Source: Camelus ferus
Taxonomy: Eukaryota
Direction of reading: 5' to 3'
NCBI RefSeq assembly: GCF_009834535.1
Contig: NC_045707.1
Coordinates: 59,460,001-59,524,000 of the forward strand
Length of the DNA stretch: 64,000 nucleotides
Shown: positions 39,727 to 55,006 of the stretch, one piece after another
How the letters are laid out: each line of letters opens with the position of its first letter
Position numbering within the stretch: the first letter of the stretch is position 1
The notes under the pieces: generated by a model
What the model saw: only the letters and a program-made list of their open reading frames with translations
What the model was told of the DNA's origin: nothing
The model's database searches: none
Position numbers and translations under genes: made by a program

Positions 39727-39856
39727 GGAGGGGAGGGTATAGCTCAAGTGGTAGAGTGCATGCGTAGCATGCATAAGGTCCTGGGTTCAGTCCCCAGTAC
39801 CTCCTCCAGAAATAAATAAATAAATCTAATTACCTTCCCCCACCAAAGGAAAAAAA
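39727..39856 (+). mobile_element. tRNA-Ala-derived SINE (camelid vic-1 type)
   Basis: tRNA-like head with A box (TAGCTCAAGTGG) and B box (GGTTCAGTCC), a (TAAA)n/A-rich tail, and a perfect 12-bp TSD aaacacttgtaa (39715-39726 / 39857-39868). Confidence 0.88.
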
Positions 39857-42800
39857 AAACACTTGTAAAATATATTTCATGTGCAAGACATTGTACGTGT
39901 TACATGCTTCTGATTTATAATCTGGTAATTACAAAAAAATACTTTTTCTTTACTCTTCATCATATTCTTGGGGGATTTCTAAAAACAATAATGAAAATAG
40001 TACACATTTATAATTGTATATTTACAAAGTGTTATAATTATGACCTTGAAGGATCAGACGATTTAGGATGTTCACAGTGATATGATAGGGTTAATGTCAT
40101 CCTCAAAGTTTAAATATGTAATTTCCAATCGTCTCACTAATTGTTGGTACTTTCTCAAATACAGTTTTTTGATTTGGGGAATTTCCTTCTTCTCATTGAA
40201 ATGCTATACCATTATATTCATTGAATCACTTCAATGAAAAATAAACAGCCCATTACTTAACAACCTGGACATAATGTTATACATTTGAAGTTCATATTTT
40301 CCAGACTGCTTCAGGGATAAAGGACAAGCAGACTGCCTCACTGCATTAGAAGAAAATTCCCACCTGGCTCAAGACTTCACCAACATTTATCTTCACAATG
40401 TTTTTAGATAAACTCTTAAATGAATGGACATAGCATGAACATCTGATCTTCCAATTGAATTTAAAATTGGTTTAGAATTTCTCCTTAAAATATAGATAGA
40501 AATAAAATAAAACAATTGTTACTATTTTTAAGACTCGTCTCAGGAAACAACAGTCTTTTGAATATGCTCTGGAATAAATATATCTCCTTTTCCAAAGGAA
40601 AGATAATTTGGGGTAGGAAATAATGTTTACTGGGAAAGAAGAAGCTTATCTATTTTCCTGCTCAGTGCTCTGCTGCTTTTTATTTTGTTTTGTTAATCCC
40701 TAGAGTCCCTGTGTTTTGCCAAACTGACACAGAGAACTTACGGCCTCCAGTCAGTACAGCTTTCACAGTGCTCTGCAAATCTTCATACCATAGTGGTGGG
40801 TGTTTTATTTCTAAACATTATATTTGGATTTATTGTATTACTTCCATCACACCTTCATATACCATGAGATTTAAGAGTACTTCCAATTTCTTAATCAAAA
40901 CATAAAATGCCTCCTCTGTTCTTTTATTCCATTCTTGGTTTACTGAACACCTTCTATATTCCAGGCTTCATACTAACTGCTGTTATAAAATAATAAAAAA
41001 AAATTAGATTGTGTTCTCAATAAGCAGATAGGATGCATAGAAAAGATAGATGGGTAAATATCTGTAACTGAGAACCTGAATTTTAGCTTATTTTTAGTCA
41101 AACAACAGAAAACTAAGAATGCATTATGTTAAACCTACCCCTGAATGTGTTTGTTCCCACAATAGGCAGTCATAGATTTAGCCACAGAAACGTGAAAATG
41201 CTATTCAATGAATCATACTTATTGTTTATGAAATAATTTCTACTTTCATTTATTCATTCATCCTCCAAGGATTTTCTAGGTGCTTACTCAGTCTAGAAAG
41301 ATGAAAGGAGCAAAATCCAGGCCCCTGGGGTTTGACCAAATGGAAATTAACTGTGGGAAGTAGACATGACTTGACAAGTTTCTCTGGGGATTTGACCAAC
41401 TAACCAGCTAAAACTTAATCAGTATATGAAAGCCAAATATATATCTTACTCTGTGCTATGTAACAGGAAGAAACAAAATGTCTGCTCTCCCTAGAATGGT
41501 TTAAGGCCCAAGTGAAAATGGATGAAACAATTAGGAAAATAATAAATACTTTCAAAGGGTGAAATGAGTTTTCTCTAGCATTAGAAAAATATTACGATAC
41601 CAAGCATGAGCACGTGTGTAAAGATGTATTATTTCATACACTATAACAGTCCCTCAGTATAAGCCAACTATTTCATATGGGATTGACCTCTCCATGCCTC
41701 CCTGACTTCCAATTTACACAGATACCGATTTGCAATGTTACTTAAAATAGCCTTGAAGATGAATGTGAACTTTCGACAAATTCAAGAAATTTGGCAAAAA
41801 CCCAGGCAATTTGGAATCTGTGCCCTGCTTTATTATATCCCCAGTGTTTTGTATATATTAGGTTTGGATATTTGCTGGAATAATAATGAATGAATGTTGC
41901 AGGCTGAAAAATATTAAGAAAATTAAATTACCATTTTCTTTCTTACCTTATGACTGCTCTTTAACTTAGAATAAGGAAGTGGTATTTTGAGAATGGACTA
42001 AGCAAAATACTGATTCTTTGTATTTTGTCCAGGTTTTAAAAGGAAAACTCAAAAAGGAAGAAAAGGAGGAATAATAAGAAATACAGCCAATGAGCAGATG
42101 AATGACTTGCAAGACTCTAATTAAAATTAAACACTGTTTTCACTTAGCATTTTGAGTTAAGTTTTTCATCTGTTGAACCTGCTAAGTGATGGGGACTATC
42201 ATAGGATCATCTCTGAATTACTACTTTTCAACAATTTAAAAGCTATCAAAATTAATCAGAGAAATGCATTTTAACAAGAAAGGGCCAAAAATGCATCTCC
42301 AAAGAACCTATAGGAATCTTCTTCTGAAGCTAACATTGTTTACAAATTAAGGTTATAACTTCAGATGAACTTTTATATATCAAAACATCAATAAGGATCA
42401 CTGGGTATTATTTCTATGATCTGTAACACTTCAAGCACATTTCTCAGGAAGGCGCTCTTTAATTAGCTAGGTTAGTAATCTGCTGTATTTCAAAAGGCAT
42501 CTTAAAATGTAAACTGCACACTTCAATTATATTATGTCAGTTTACAATATAATAGCCACTTGAGTAAAAAGCTAAATTAGTATTTCTTTGGATATGTTCA
42601 CAGTCACACACACCTCCACACAAAACACAGAACCAGCTCCGACACTTGCCAAGATACCATTTATCTTTCACTCTTATTGTGAGAGTTTGGAAGTGAAAGG
42701 ATGGATCCCATGAAGAGATATTTTCACATCTTTTTAACTTTCATCTCTGAAATCAATGAGTTTTAGAAATGTGAAAGCAATTATTAAAGAATCTTCTTTA

Positions 42801-45800
42801 TCATTTTAAAGATATGTCATAAAGACAGTGATCAGGGGTATCAACCACAGCAGTTTTTGTTTTGGACAAAATTTAAAAACATATGTAGTGGTAATTTTAA
42901 GAAGAACTATAAAAGAAGTGCCCAGGGTTACTATGTAATGAAGTTCACAATAGACTGACAACAAAGCTCTATTTAATGTCAATAGTGTCAAGATCATTGG
43001 AAAATATTCCAGAAAGCTCACTCATCATATACTTTATATTAATCTAACAGTTAGAGATCACTGAAGGCACAGTTCCTGTAGTGAGATCTAACAGGCATCT
43101 TCAGGCAATGTGGTTGCCGTTAGTAGCAGAATGTTAAAATTCAGATAAGCTTAAATTAGAATCTTGGATAAATTTCTTAACACCTTTGAATTTTCCATTG
43201 CTTAATATTATACCATCCACATTTATTTGCGGTACTGAAACTAAAGACATATGGATGTAGGAACACTTGCAATTGAATTCAACTTCCAAAATATTTTTTG
43301 GAGGGGCCTGTGTATACAGTACAGTAGTCACTGCTTGATATGGAGACCATGGAGATCCAAGAGAAGGAAACATCTAGATAATGATTCTGATTTTGCAAAA
43401 AGGTGATAGAGTTGAATTCATAAAATAAGTAAACAAAATCACATAAAAGTCAAGCAGTGCAAAGCAGAAGGTAGAGAACTTAAACCAGAGTTTGAGAGAT
43501 GGGTAATTTTCAATAGATATTGAAGATAGAGCAGAGGCGCAGAGAGACTGAAGATCCTGGTCAGGCAGGAAATCAAGGCCAAAGCTAAAGAAGAATGGGA
43601 GGTGAAGGTTAGATAGATACACTGAAGCATTTGGGATCTGAAATTATTTTTTATTAAATGAGTTAGACTCATAAAATGGCTATGCAAGTTTTGCCAAGTA
43701 GGATGGACACATACTGGTGACCACATGTACCAACCTACATATAGCGAGGAAGGAGAAGGGAACCAGCTTCCCATAAAACGAGTATCTCTCCTCATAACTC
43801 GAGTCCTAATTTGCACTCTTGAGCCTATCACTAACTGTGCATTCAAAGGGGATTAAAATTTCAAAAGCCATTCACCATGCTAAACCTAAAAACCATTATC
43901 TAAGCTTATAAAACAACTGAGATGAAGCTTATTTCATCTTAAAAGTAAGTGAAGGAAACTAGAGAAAGGAAACTTTTGGAAAACCAAATGTAGTATATCT
44001 TTGAAAAGGCTAAGTACTCTGGATATTTATAGCTTATTTTTTGACAAATCAGCAACGCCAGTATGACTGTTTAACCAAGGCCAAGTGCCTTGGTTCTTTT
44101 AATATGCTAAATAAAATTGGAGTTTGTCAGCTATGCTAACATGTTCAGCTGAATATTTTACTAATAATTGTGGCCTCCCCATATGGTTTAGCATTTATCT
44201 CTTTCCAATATATTACCCCTATATTAGCTTAATCTGTCCGCCTGAATTAAACCTCAGAGGGAAGAAATCTGAGCTTATAAACAGGTTGAACTCTGTAAGG
44301 GTTTTTGGGGGGAGGGGTGGGGGAAGAGAGTGGTAGTGGAAGAAGAATAAGCTAGTTGACCAAATCACAAATTTAAATGACCAGACCTGCCATATTTGCA
44401 AAGAGAGTGCAACACACAAACATGCTATCTATCATGCTCATCTCAAAATGTATGAGGAATAGAATGCATTCATAATCTCAAGTTCTAAGAGATCAAAGCA
44501 CAGTTCCTAATTATAAACTACACAGTTTCTTATGAAAGGTCAAAAGCTAAAACACTTAATCCAAATGCCAATAAGAGAAGCTGTTTGGGGGTTATAAGAT
44601 AAATGTTTTCTTGGAGCCCATCTCTGCTAGTATAGCGTGTCTGTCTTGGATTCCGCCATGTGGTGATCTGGGACACACAGCCATCTTCCAGCTCATGGGC
44701 TCAGATTCTGGGGAGCCACCCCACCTTCAAATCCTCCAGGGACCCCTGTAAAAGCAAGCAGTTGCTGCCTAGGAGAAGCAAGACCTAGAGAGTTGCAGAG
44801 TTTGCAAGGGCAGTCGCATCTATGCAGAGTTCTGGATAAGAGGGCTTATTTTATTGCTTCCTGAGTTTCTCTTTTGAGAGGAGAACAAAAAAAGAAAGAA
44901 ATGGGATGAAGAACTTTTGATTTTCTCTTCTAGAGAGGACACTGAGCACCGCCTGTAGTTTTGCTTGACAGTGCATTTCACACACAGCACTGAACTTTAA
45001 AATAAAAATTGCAAAGGTAATTTGATCATTGGGTCTCCCCTCTTTGTTTGCCTAGTTGAGATAATATTGTTTGTAGTGATAATCCATTCACACATTCTAT
45101 AATAATAGTATTTTATTCTTTGCTGGAAAGATTTTTGGAGAGAAAAGACAGTGTTTGAATGAATTTTATATTTTATCCCATCATATTTTGTTTATAATAT
45201 GCTATATATATATAGATTTATTTTTCTTCATAAGCATCTCAGAATCACTGATTGATTTTAATGTATTTTATATATAACATGAATTGCATGGCTGTAAAAA
45301 TAAAGATCATTGCTAAGTATCAACAAAAGAAGCTTATATGTTAAGTGAGTAAGCAGCATATAAAACTAAATGAATCTTACATGTTAGCTAGTAGGTAGAT
45401 ACAAATATGCATACGAAAAAAGACTGGAAAAGAAAAATGGTAACATCAACTGTGTTTAGACAAGAGGTGGGAATTTTTTCTGTTTAGCAAAAGCTTCCTA
45501 AGATGCCATATTGCTTCTTCAATAAAAAATAATAGTTCATATTAATCATGTTGATCTACAAGTGAATATTCAAATTGATCTTCTATTAGGAGTTCATATG
45601 CAAAACTAGGGCAAATACATCCTTAATTAAATATAAAGTCGCTCTAAGACTACAAGAATAATTAGCTGGCTATTTTAATTCTAAAACAGTCTTTGCATAA
45701 TGTATAGGGAAAACATTTAAAAGAGAACAATTCAGTTTAGAGGTTGCATTTTATAAACTATTCTTTCTAGAAGCAGACAAGAAAGTGAGACCTAATACTT

Positions 45801-47899
45801 AATGATAAATCTACTTGACCATTGCTAGATTACTTTACCACCCACCAACACTGCTGTCATTAAATTAAAAAAAAGAAGTAAAACAATATAAAACTGCACT
45901 TTAAATCCTACCCAGGTCACAACTCCATCTTCTAAATACCCATTTCTTGGCTGTGAATTGCAATTTGGGACAGGGAGGTTACATTGATAACGTATAGATT
46001 CTTTTGGATTCCTTCTGAATATAACAAAAACTTCCAAACTCATCTACACAATACTAGACAGAATACACATGTGGATACCAGTACAAACTTCAATCCTCCC
46101 TGAGGCTGTTGATTTTCAGTTGAAAGTTTGATTTCCAGAATTAGATCATAGATGTCAAGGTCTGTTACAAAATCAGCTCTCATAGAAGATTTATGTATCT
46201 TGGCAGCTTAGCAAAGAAATCCTCGATTTCACTGAGATCAACAGAACCATTTTTAGAAAATCACTGCCAGACCTGAAGCTAATTTCCTTTAATTCTGTAA
46301 CATCTGTAAGCCTCATATGGGAGTCTGGGTTTTAATTAGCCCTGCAGTCGAACAAATGGCCAGCAGCGCTTAGAAAAAATAAATACTGAAAATCATTTCA
46401 CAGGAAAACCACAGGATAGTATAAAAGAGCAATCTGGGTTACAGGCCCTAGAATACATATTGTTCCACTGACAACTGTTAAGACTTCATAGGCAGTTAAT
46501 TCAAAAATAGGAAAAAGTGTGAATGTCATAAAGGGGATCTTCTTCATTAAAGAGGATTTAATTATTTTCACTAATATGAAAGATGGCCAATGAAACCACG
46601 ATAACCCCAACCCACAGATAGATCCCAGTGGAATTCATACCTCAACAGAAAGAAGGGACCGTACAGAATGAAACGCAAGGTGAATCTGGACCACAAGGGG
46701 GCTGACAGTAATAGATACACCTTTCCAAGTTTTTAATTCTAGCCAACTTTCAAGAGTTGCTTCATTTATTTCTTCAAGCTAAATGGAAGAGTCCTCCAGC
46801 AATGTTCCATGCCTCCCAATTTTTTCATTACCATATGACTTCTAATTAAGCATAAGAGCTTAAGTACTAACACTGTCCAAATAGCCTTTCATAGGTTCAA
46901 TGTGATAAAAATACTGGTAGCAGTAAATATGCACAGGGCATAGCCATAGTCTTGCAAGGAACTAGAAGTGAGCATTTGGGCGCAAAGAACCTAAAAATAA
47001 ACGTTATTACTCAAAGTGCTGCATGCGTCTTACAATTGAATTTAATCTCACTTGCATTTTTTCATAGAATTGGCTAATACGACATATCCTAGGCATTCTT
47101 GTTGTCAAAAGAAATTTTAACACATGTACGTAAAAAAAATGCTACAGGAAAAGACTTCAAGAAAAGCAAAGGTAAATAAAGCTAAAGTTAATGTTTTCTC
47201 TTTGCAATTTTGTTAGCAGTATTACTATTACCAGTTCAATATTTCAAATAAGTCAGGAGCTATCTCATCATTTTGCAAGCACAATCTCATTTAAGCTTCT
47301 CAACAATCCTAGAAGGTAAATGGTATTGTTACCATTTTGCCGAGGACAGGTTTAGGGAAGTGAAGTTAATTTGCCCAAACTGAACGAGTTACAAAATGCT
47401 TGAGTGGTAAACCCATATCTTGAACTCCTGAGTTTATGTGTCTAATTTCTATGCCATATTGTCTCTGTGATAAATTCACAAAACTCAGAACCTACTTGCT
47501 GAGTGAGTCTAGGTCAGTTAATTGTAGATCACCAATCCACACTTCTATCAGGATGCATTTTACTTTGAGCTTGGATTTTTGTCACTTGGGAACAAGCCAC
47601 TCTATTTCTTAGAGTTAAATCCTTCACTTCCTTTTGCCAAAATGTAGGTGTTTCCAAATGATCTGTTCTTGGCTCTGTTCAAAATCTCCAGCCCTGACCT
47701 TTTCCCTAAGTGCCAGTTTTCCATTTCAAACTGCCTGTCTGACATCTGCTCCTGGATGTTCAGCCCACACAAAATATGTTTCTTACTGAATTCATTTTTG
47801 TCCTTCTCAAATCCATCCTTTCTACTAGATCTTCTATTTCTACTCATCCTTTCCACAATCGCTTAGGAGGACAGAAACTAGTAGTTTGAATTACCCCAC

Positions 47900-48298
47900 T
47901 AGTAAATGGTATTATTGTTCATGGATATTTTATCTCCCTTCTCTTTTTGTGGCTCATACATGTCTATCTCACTGACTTTGACCTTGGCCATGGTATGTTC
48001 TTCGGTCAATGGAATTTCAGTAGATATGACATGTACCACAGCCTTTAAGTAGTACAAGTTTCTACTGGCTTTCTTGTTCTTCCTTTCTCTCTTAAGCAAA
48101 GGTATCCCAAATAGGGGCTACCCCTTCAGCCTGGGTTTAGGAATGAGAAAAAAAAAAAAAAAAAAAAAAAAAAAGCCAAGCCAAGCCAAGCCATAGTAGT
48201 CAAGCCATAGCTGTGGTATGTTTTGTACACAGGGAATAAATACTGGTTATTGTAAGCCACTGGTATTAGGAGATTATTTCTTGTAATGGCAAATACAC
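47900..48298 (+). mobile_element. Old MLT1-like MaLR LTR with an internal A-tract and (AAGCC)n
   Basis: cttggccatg..cttcggtcaatggaat and aataaa..ttattgtaagccactg motifs. Confidence 0.6.
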
Positions 48299-51200
48299 AT
48301 TTTTGTTTTACTTTCACCTTGACATCAAATCCACTGCAATTTCCATGAGTTCTACATTTGTGAGGTATCTTCTATCCTCTTCTCTATTTTCACACCCTCA
48401 CTATCCTAATTACATTGATCTTTACCATCCCGTCATGCCTGTCTTTTTCTCTAGCTTCTGGTCTGTCAAGATGCTCTTTGTCGAGTGAACTTTAATCCCT
48501 TATTCAAACATCATAAAGGATCCTCCAAGGGGCAGGGGGAGGAAAGGCCTCACAGAAGACTAACTAATCAATTTATCAAAAAGTGTTGATAGTTCAAGCC
48601 AGAAGAGATATGGGAATTGACTACTGGTATTTAGCAACATGTATCTGATGTCAATGAAAGTCATTGTTAACCCTAAAAAGAAAGTCATTCATTACCTCAG
48701 TAAGAAAAGATTTGGAAGAGCAGAGTCAAGAGACAACAGGAAGAGAGATAATGAGATAGCAAGGGAATTAAAAAAAAAAAAAAGAAAAATATTTTTCAAG
48801 GTGCAAAGAAGATCAGAGAAAGAGGGCAGTGGCTCAAAGGAATAATGGAATTTGGGGAGAGGGTTTTGTCTTACTGTGTTTATGGCGAGAGAGCTATGTC
48901 AACATGTCTGTGTGCTGATAGGAATAACCCAGTGGAAACAAACACACAAAAATACTGAAGATGCAGGCAGCATAGAAATAATGGAGCTAAAAGTCTGAAC
49001 AAAGATAGGGGATGGAATCCAGTACCTAACTGGAGTGTTTGGCTCTGTTCAGTAGCAGAGACAGTTCTTACAGAGTAATAGGAAATGATATAAGTGAGCT
49101 GTAAATAAGGAAGGAGCTAGGATGATAAGGATTGTATTTGAATTGCTTCCGTTTTCTCAGGGAAATGGTAGGCATGCTGACTGGGAGTCAGAATGGGAAG
49201 GAAAGATTAGAAGTATGAGGAGAAAGAATAGGTGTGAATTATTTGTTAAGTGAACAGAAGAGTGAGTAAACCAGGGAAAGGCAGGATTCCTGGGCACGTT
49301 GGGAGTCCAGCTGAGATTACTAGTCATGCATTTGCTATGAAATTAGTCTGCATGCCTTTTTAAATTTTCTTGCCACATTCAGCTGGGCAGATGCAGAACA
49401 GATGAAATGTTGGGTTCAACTAAAGGTGGAAGTTTTGCTAGTAAAATAAGCAAAGGGAGAAGAGGGCAGTGGAGTAGAAGGGATATCTGTGGCCCATAAA
49501 GCGATTTTTAAAAGGGATCATGGAATCTAACTTGCCCAAAGATGACTCTGAGGGCACAATGTAGGTATGGGATTCTGACAAGTTTGGATTAAGGAACTGA
49601 AGATTCCCATAGAATTGTATTATTCTTGGAGCTGGGATAATAAAAGGAGTAAAGTGGAGAAGTCAGAGGGATTGCTATGATGTTCAAGCTTGTTCCAATG
49701 GAGAGGGTGAAGATGTTTCTAACAAGTTGTAGGATGTGAGAGTGGGAACACATGGCTCACACAGAATGGAGGGCAAAATCCCTATGAGGTAAGGTGTCAG
49801 GGTCCTGAGAAGTGAGGCTTTTGGAAACTGTATGCAGACACTGACATGATAATGGATGATGATTGGTAGAGAAAGTGACAAAAAATGAGTTAACATCTAG
49901 AATAACTAGGGGAAAGTGGCTTAAGGTTTGGAATGAGACACCAAGAAGGGGCAGCAGGGGGTCTAGATTGATGGTAGGGGCTTCAAAACTTATAGAAAGG
50001 AGGAGGGAGTGGTTACCTACATCCTGCTCCAGTAGTAGGAGGTTCCTGGGGGAAGAACTACATGGAAATCAGAAGCTGGAGGGAGAGGTGGCTTACAGTG
50101 AAAAAAAGGTGAAGGTGTGACTCAAGAAGAGATGAGTGACAGAGGCAATTTAGCTGACAGTGGTTTTGAATTCTAAGAAGCAACGTGAAAGGGTTTCAGG
50201 TACTGGGAAGGTATGGAGAATGGAGTTTGCAGAAGGAGGATTTACAGAACTATACAGCTGTGGGGGTATAACTATGAGGGAGAAACTGAATTATCCTATT
50301 AAGTGTATATCTTCAAAAGTCTGATGCATGTAACAGTACAGTCTGTAAATCAACCGCCTTCTGTTAAAACGTTAATGGTAGAAGAACTATATTGCACAAT
50401 GCTTTCATTTAATACTAGATGAACAGAAATCACACAGAGCAAGTCTAAAGTATTCAATGTGTAACTTATCACCCTCAAGTTAAAATGTAGCAGAAAAAAG
50501 TTAACTAACCTGAGAGAACATGTTTCCCTTTAAAACTTGTGCACAAATATTTTCAAAATTGGTTATTAATTTGACAAAATAATGACGGTAAAACAATTCA
50601 ACAGCCCGGATGTTGATAGATGAAAATGTGCATATGCCAGGGAGTGAGATAAATTAAAAAGCACCCAGGGAAACAACAAATTAGCATTCTTGTCATTACA
50701 AAGTTCAGCATTTTAAAATGAAAAGTCATCTTTGTGGGGAGGTCAGAGGCAGAAATACACAGCAGAGGTTATCAAGAAGAGGGACTGGTGAACGTGGAGG
50801 GCTGAGCACTTGGGATGCCCGACTCTGAGGAGGGTAACTGGTGGCCCTTCTCTTGGGACTGGGAGCAACATTATTTCCACAGAGGAAGAACAGCATCAGA
50901 AAAGCCTCTCTCCCACCTCTAGATCTGCCCCTATCAGATTTCCCAGGTGGATAAAAAGGTGTAGGTCAGGGTTTTGAAAGAGAAAGAGGCAAGAGACAAG
51001 GAGAGTAAATGAAGGTTGACAGTGAGCAAGAGACTGCCAGCAAGATAGACAGACGACATAAGTGGAGAGGTGATCAGGGACAAAGAGCGTTTCTCCTACT
51101 CATCCGCTGCCATCCACACACTGTCAAGGTTTGCAGTCACCACCTTGGGGCCCGAAGCTGTGCATCTGCATGAACCTCGTGCAGATGAACTAACAGGCTC

Positions 51201-52503
51201 ATTAGTTGCACCTACTCATGAAGAATCATAAAAGGCATAAGTAACAGTGTCTGCTGGCTCTGACCAACAGAGATTCTTTCAAGAAAAGAGCATTCCTGGG
51301 AGTCTGAAAAACCAACCTTCACTCTCTCTTAACATATTATAATGTTATACAGTTCATAAGATATTAGAGACATTAAAACAATGTAAATAACTGAATGTAA
51401 ACACATATCAAAGACTTCTGTAGCTTGATAGGTTTTTCTCCTAAGGAAAAGCAATCCAATTCTGACTTCTCTATTTCCTGCCTTATTGCTTTTCCTCTTT
51501 TTACCTGCTCACCTGTCATGTGGATGCAATCTCTGAAATGCACCAGACTGCATTTGCGAGGACTAAATTGCCCATGGTTGACAGGATTTTGCATGAGCCT
51601 CTTTGTTATTGTTGTGTGCATGTGCTCAGCTAAATAAAGTCATTAGACAAACAAGTTTGAGCTAATTAGAGAGCTGATTGTACCTGCAGTATGCACTTGA
51701 CTTTCATGATTATTTCTGCATTGAAGATCACTCCTACTATTTGTATTCTGCAAAACAGAGCATCACAGTAGGGGAAGGCAAAAAAACAACCCAGGGTCCC
51801 TAGTGACCATCAATAGCCATTTGAACCTTATTATCTTACCATGAATCCAATGCCTTGGAAAAACTCCAAGGCAGCAGCCGATCAAGAGTTGTGATCTATT
51901 TTAAACAGAAATTTAACCAGAATGAGAAAAAAGCAAAATCTGAAAGTCATAATCAATACTGACACCCACTGGGTTAATGAGTTGCTGTCATTACGATAAC
52001 AATGGAATCAGAAGGTGAAGTAAAGTATCTCTTCAAAGTGTGGTGATTAAGCCTTTAATCCAAAGAGAACATTTATGCAGGTGAAAATGTATTTTAAATG
52101 CATGTTTCAAGACAGAAAACATTTAAAAGTTAATTTGAGCCTAACTCCATATATCACCCAGACAACTCCATTTTACAAAAGAGCTCTTATTGATCTTTGG
52201 AAAATAAAAGATGCCAGCCCTCCTCCTGCCGCTTGCTTGTGAAGGGGGTGTGACTGCCTCCTTTTCCACTTTTGACCTGTTCTCTGTCCTGTTATACCTC
52301 AACCACGTGAGTAGCTACTACGAAAGAGACACTTGTTAAGTTAGAAGAAGCTTAACCACATCCAATCCCTATTCTAGTCTGAAATATCAGACAACAAAGC
52401 CTAGGTATGTGGATATAGTTTGAGATTCTGCTGCCAACAGAATGTTTGTGTGTGGCGGAGTCAGGGCTAGAACATGTTCATGGGGTATTAAAATATAAAC
52501 AGA

Positions 52504-52733
52504 TCTGCAGATACTAACTAATATATATAAAATAGACAAACAGCAAGTTTATACTGTATAGCACAGGGTAACTATGTTTAATATCTTGTAGTAACTTATG
52601 AAAAAGAATATGAAAACGAATACACGTTTGTTCATGTATGACTAGGGAATTGTGCTGTACACCAGAAATTGACACAGCATTACAAACTGACTATACTTTA
52701 ATAAAATACACATGTAAATTTTTTAAAAAGAAG
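52504..52733 (+). mobile_element. 5'-truncated L1 3' end
   Basis: Same family as the 2600 and 20404 copies; TSD atataaacaga (52493-52503 / 52739-52749). Confidence 0.88.
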
Positions 52734-54088
52734 AAAATATATAAACAGAACGCATTTGGTACGGTCAACGGGTTGTTCCTGCTCCATGCTTCAGGTCTGT
52801 CATTTGCAAAATGCAGAATACAGTACTTTGATTATGAATACAGAATTCTTGGCATGGGCTCTTCCATACAGTTGAACGATGTAAGTCCCCTTCCATTTCT
52901 CTACTGCCATTTATAGGGAAGAGAGTAACCATTATTCATCATGCATGGACTGATGGAAACCCCACTTGTCAGATAGGATTAATCACTTCTCCAGTTCTCT
53001 TTGAAGATGGTTCCATTCTAGGGATGTGATCAGTACACCAGGATATCTTACTAATTCAAGAAGCCTCATGTTTGTTTTCTTATTTTTAAAGAAGAGGGTT
53101 TTTTTTTTTTTTTTAAACTAGCACTTGCTTCTGTGATGAGAAGGAAGAAGGAGACTTGTGCCTGGCCCTGCCTAATATGACAACTCTCCTATTAAAGTAG
53201 GTTTGGGATGATGGGGCAGGTATCAAATGTCATATATCAAACAACAAATAACAAAATATACTGCCTCCTTTTGCAGATAAAAATGCCGCCAGTCACAAAA
53301 ATGATGCATGGATCCATGAAGTCTAATAAGACTTCAAAGAGGTGGAATACCATGTTCTGTTTTAAAGCAGACTTCTTTCAGAATTGATGACTATGGAGTC
53401 ATTTTGCCAAAGATAGTTTCAGGTAAGGAAGCTACAAATCTAAGTTTTTATATATAAGAACCTCATACAGTCTTTTCACTTAAATTTTTTTTTAAAAAAA
53501 CCTCTTTAGAATTTCTGTGCTAGCCCGTCCGTGGCCTGGCTGCATGACTCAATGGCATCTCGGCTCTGCCTGCTGTGACAGCTTCAGCTACAAAAGGTAC
53601 AACACTTTCTAACACCCAGGCACACTCACAGCTGGGGATTTCACATGACGGTTTTATTTTAGAGACAATTCCGTCTGCTGCTTGGACACGGGAGGGTGTG
53701 CTTTGTGTGAGGCTTATTCTTGATATTTTTAGGGACTCACAGAGTTAAGGATCCTAACCAGCAGAATATTTGTTAGAAATATAATCAAAATTAGTAATCG
53801 CATTATAATTTGATTTTTCTAAATATTGCTGCCCACGTTCTCAAATGGTTAAATATTCTATGCCACGTGTTCTTCGGGGTGATTTGTAGAGTTGAAGTGG
53901 CAAGCCTTTCGGGGTCATCTTTCCATTTTCTTGGTTCAGTTTTCTTTGTTATCACGCGGCAGGGTTACTGAGGGAGATGCCATGGCTTGAAATTTAGAAG
54001 GACAGAAAGGGTAAAATACAACTCTTACACTTGTTACTTTACCTCCTATTAGCCATCGAGCGGGATGCAGTACAAAGAGAATGAGGAT

Positions 54089-54277
54089 GTTAGGGATGAA
54101 GTGCATGCGACCCCCCTTGCCCAGCCAAAGTTCACAGTCAAGCCCCCAGCAACTCAGCATGGGACCCGGTTTGGAAATAGGGTCTTTACAGAGGAATGAA
54201 GTTAAAGGGAGGTCATTAGGGTGTGCACTAATCCATTATGACCGGTGTCCTTACAAAAAGGGGACATTTGGACATAC

Positions 54278-54325
<48 letters not shown>

Positions 54326-54537
54326 GAAGACAATGTGAAGACATAAAGAGAAGACAGCCATCTACGAGGCCAGGAGAGAGGCCTAGGAAGGTCCTTCCTC
54401 CAGGGGCCTCAGAAGGAGTGAAAACTGCAGAGGCCCGCATTTCCTCCTTCTAACCTCCAGAACCTGGACCCCGCATTTCTAGTGTTTAAGGTGCCCAGTT
54501 TGTGGCAGTTTATAACAAGCTCTGTCAACCTTAAACA
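54089..54537 (+). mobile_element. MLT1A/B-like MaLR solo LTR with an internal (CA)n
   Basis: tttggaaatagggtctttacagagg, ctaatcca..atgaccggtgtcctta, gaagacagccatctac..gccaggagagaggcct, cctccagaac. Confidence 0.82.
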
Positions 54538-54571
54538 GAGAATAAATGTCAGGCCCAAGAATGGCCCAGAA

Positions 54572-54788
54572 CAGGAGTCACCAAATTATGACCGTGGACC
54601 AAACGCAAGTTGTGGACCCCATGAGCTAAGAACGTTTATTATAGTTTGACACAGTGGAAAAAATGTGTGGCTGTTATTTCCCTCTCAGTATCTAAGCACA
54701 GACACAACTTCTTGACTTTGCCTCTTACCCTGCAAGGCCAACACTATTTACTGTCTGACCCTTTCTGGAAAAAGTTTGCTGATCCTTG
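54572..54788 (+). mobile_element. MER58-like hAT-Charlie MITE
   Basis: Degenerate terminal inverted repeats caggagtcaccaaa / tttgctgatccttg, plus tatttactgtctgaccctttctggaaaaagtttgc. Confidence 0.7.
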
Positions 54789-55006
54789 GCGTAGATAAGA
54801 ATCAGGCTGATTTCAGGTCCAACTTTGCTATTTCATTATTGGAAGCTCAGTTAATTTTATGGAGCTTTCCTGTTTTTATCTATCTGTAGAATAAGGCTTT
54901 TTGACAACTTTGCCAATTTCACAGAATTAGTATCAAGAAGTAAACCAAAAAACGAAGAATGTGAAAAAACTTAAGAAATGTCAAAAGGTCTATACATATA
55001 CAGGGT

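Noticed and set aside
39727..39805. tRNA-Ala gene
   Set aside because: It has a SINE tail and TSD, altered stems, and a second diverged copy at 18025, so it is a SINE.
44600..45000. Possible internal promoter (YY1-like CCGCCATGT, slightly higher GC)
   Set aside because: There is no CpG island and no associated donor, and it may be a decayed LTR; it cannot be supported from sequence alone.
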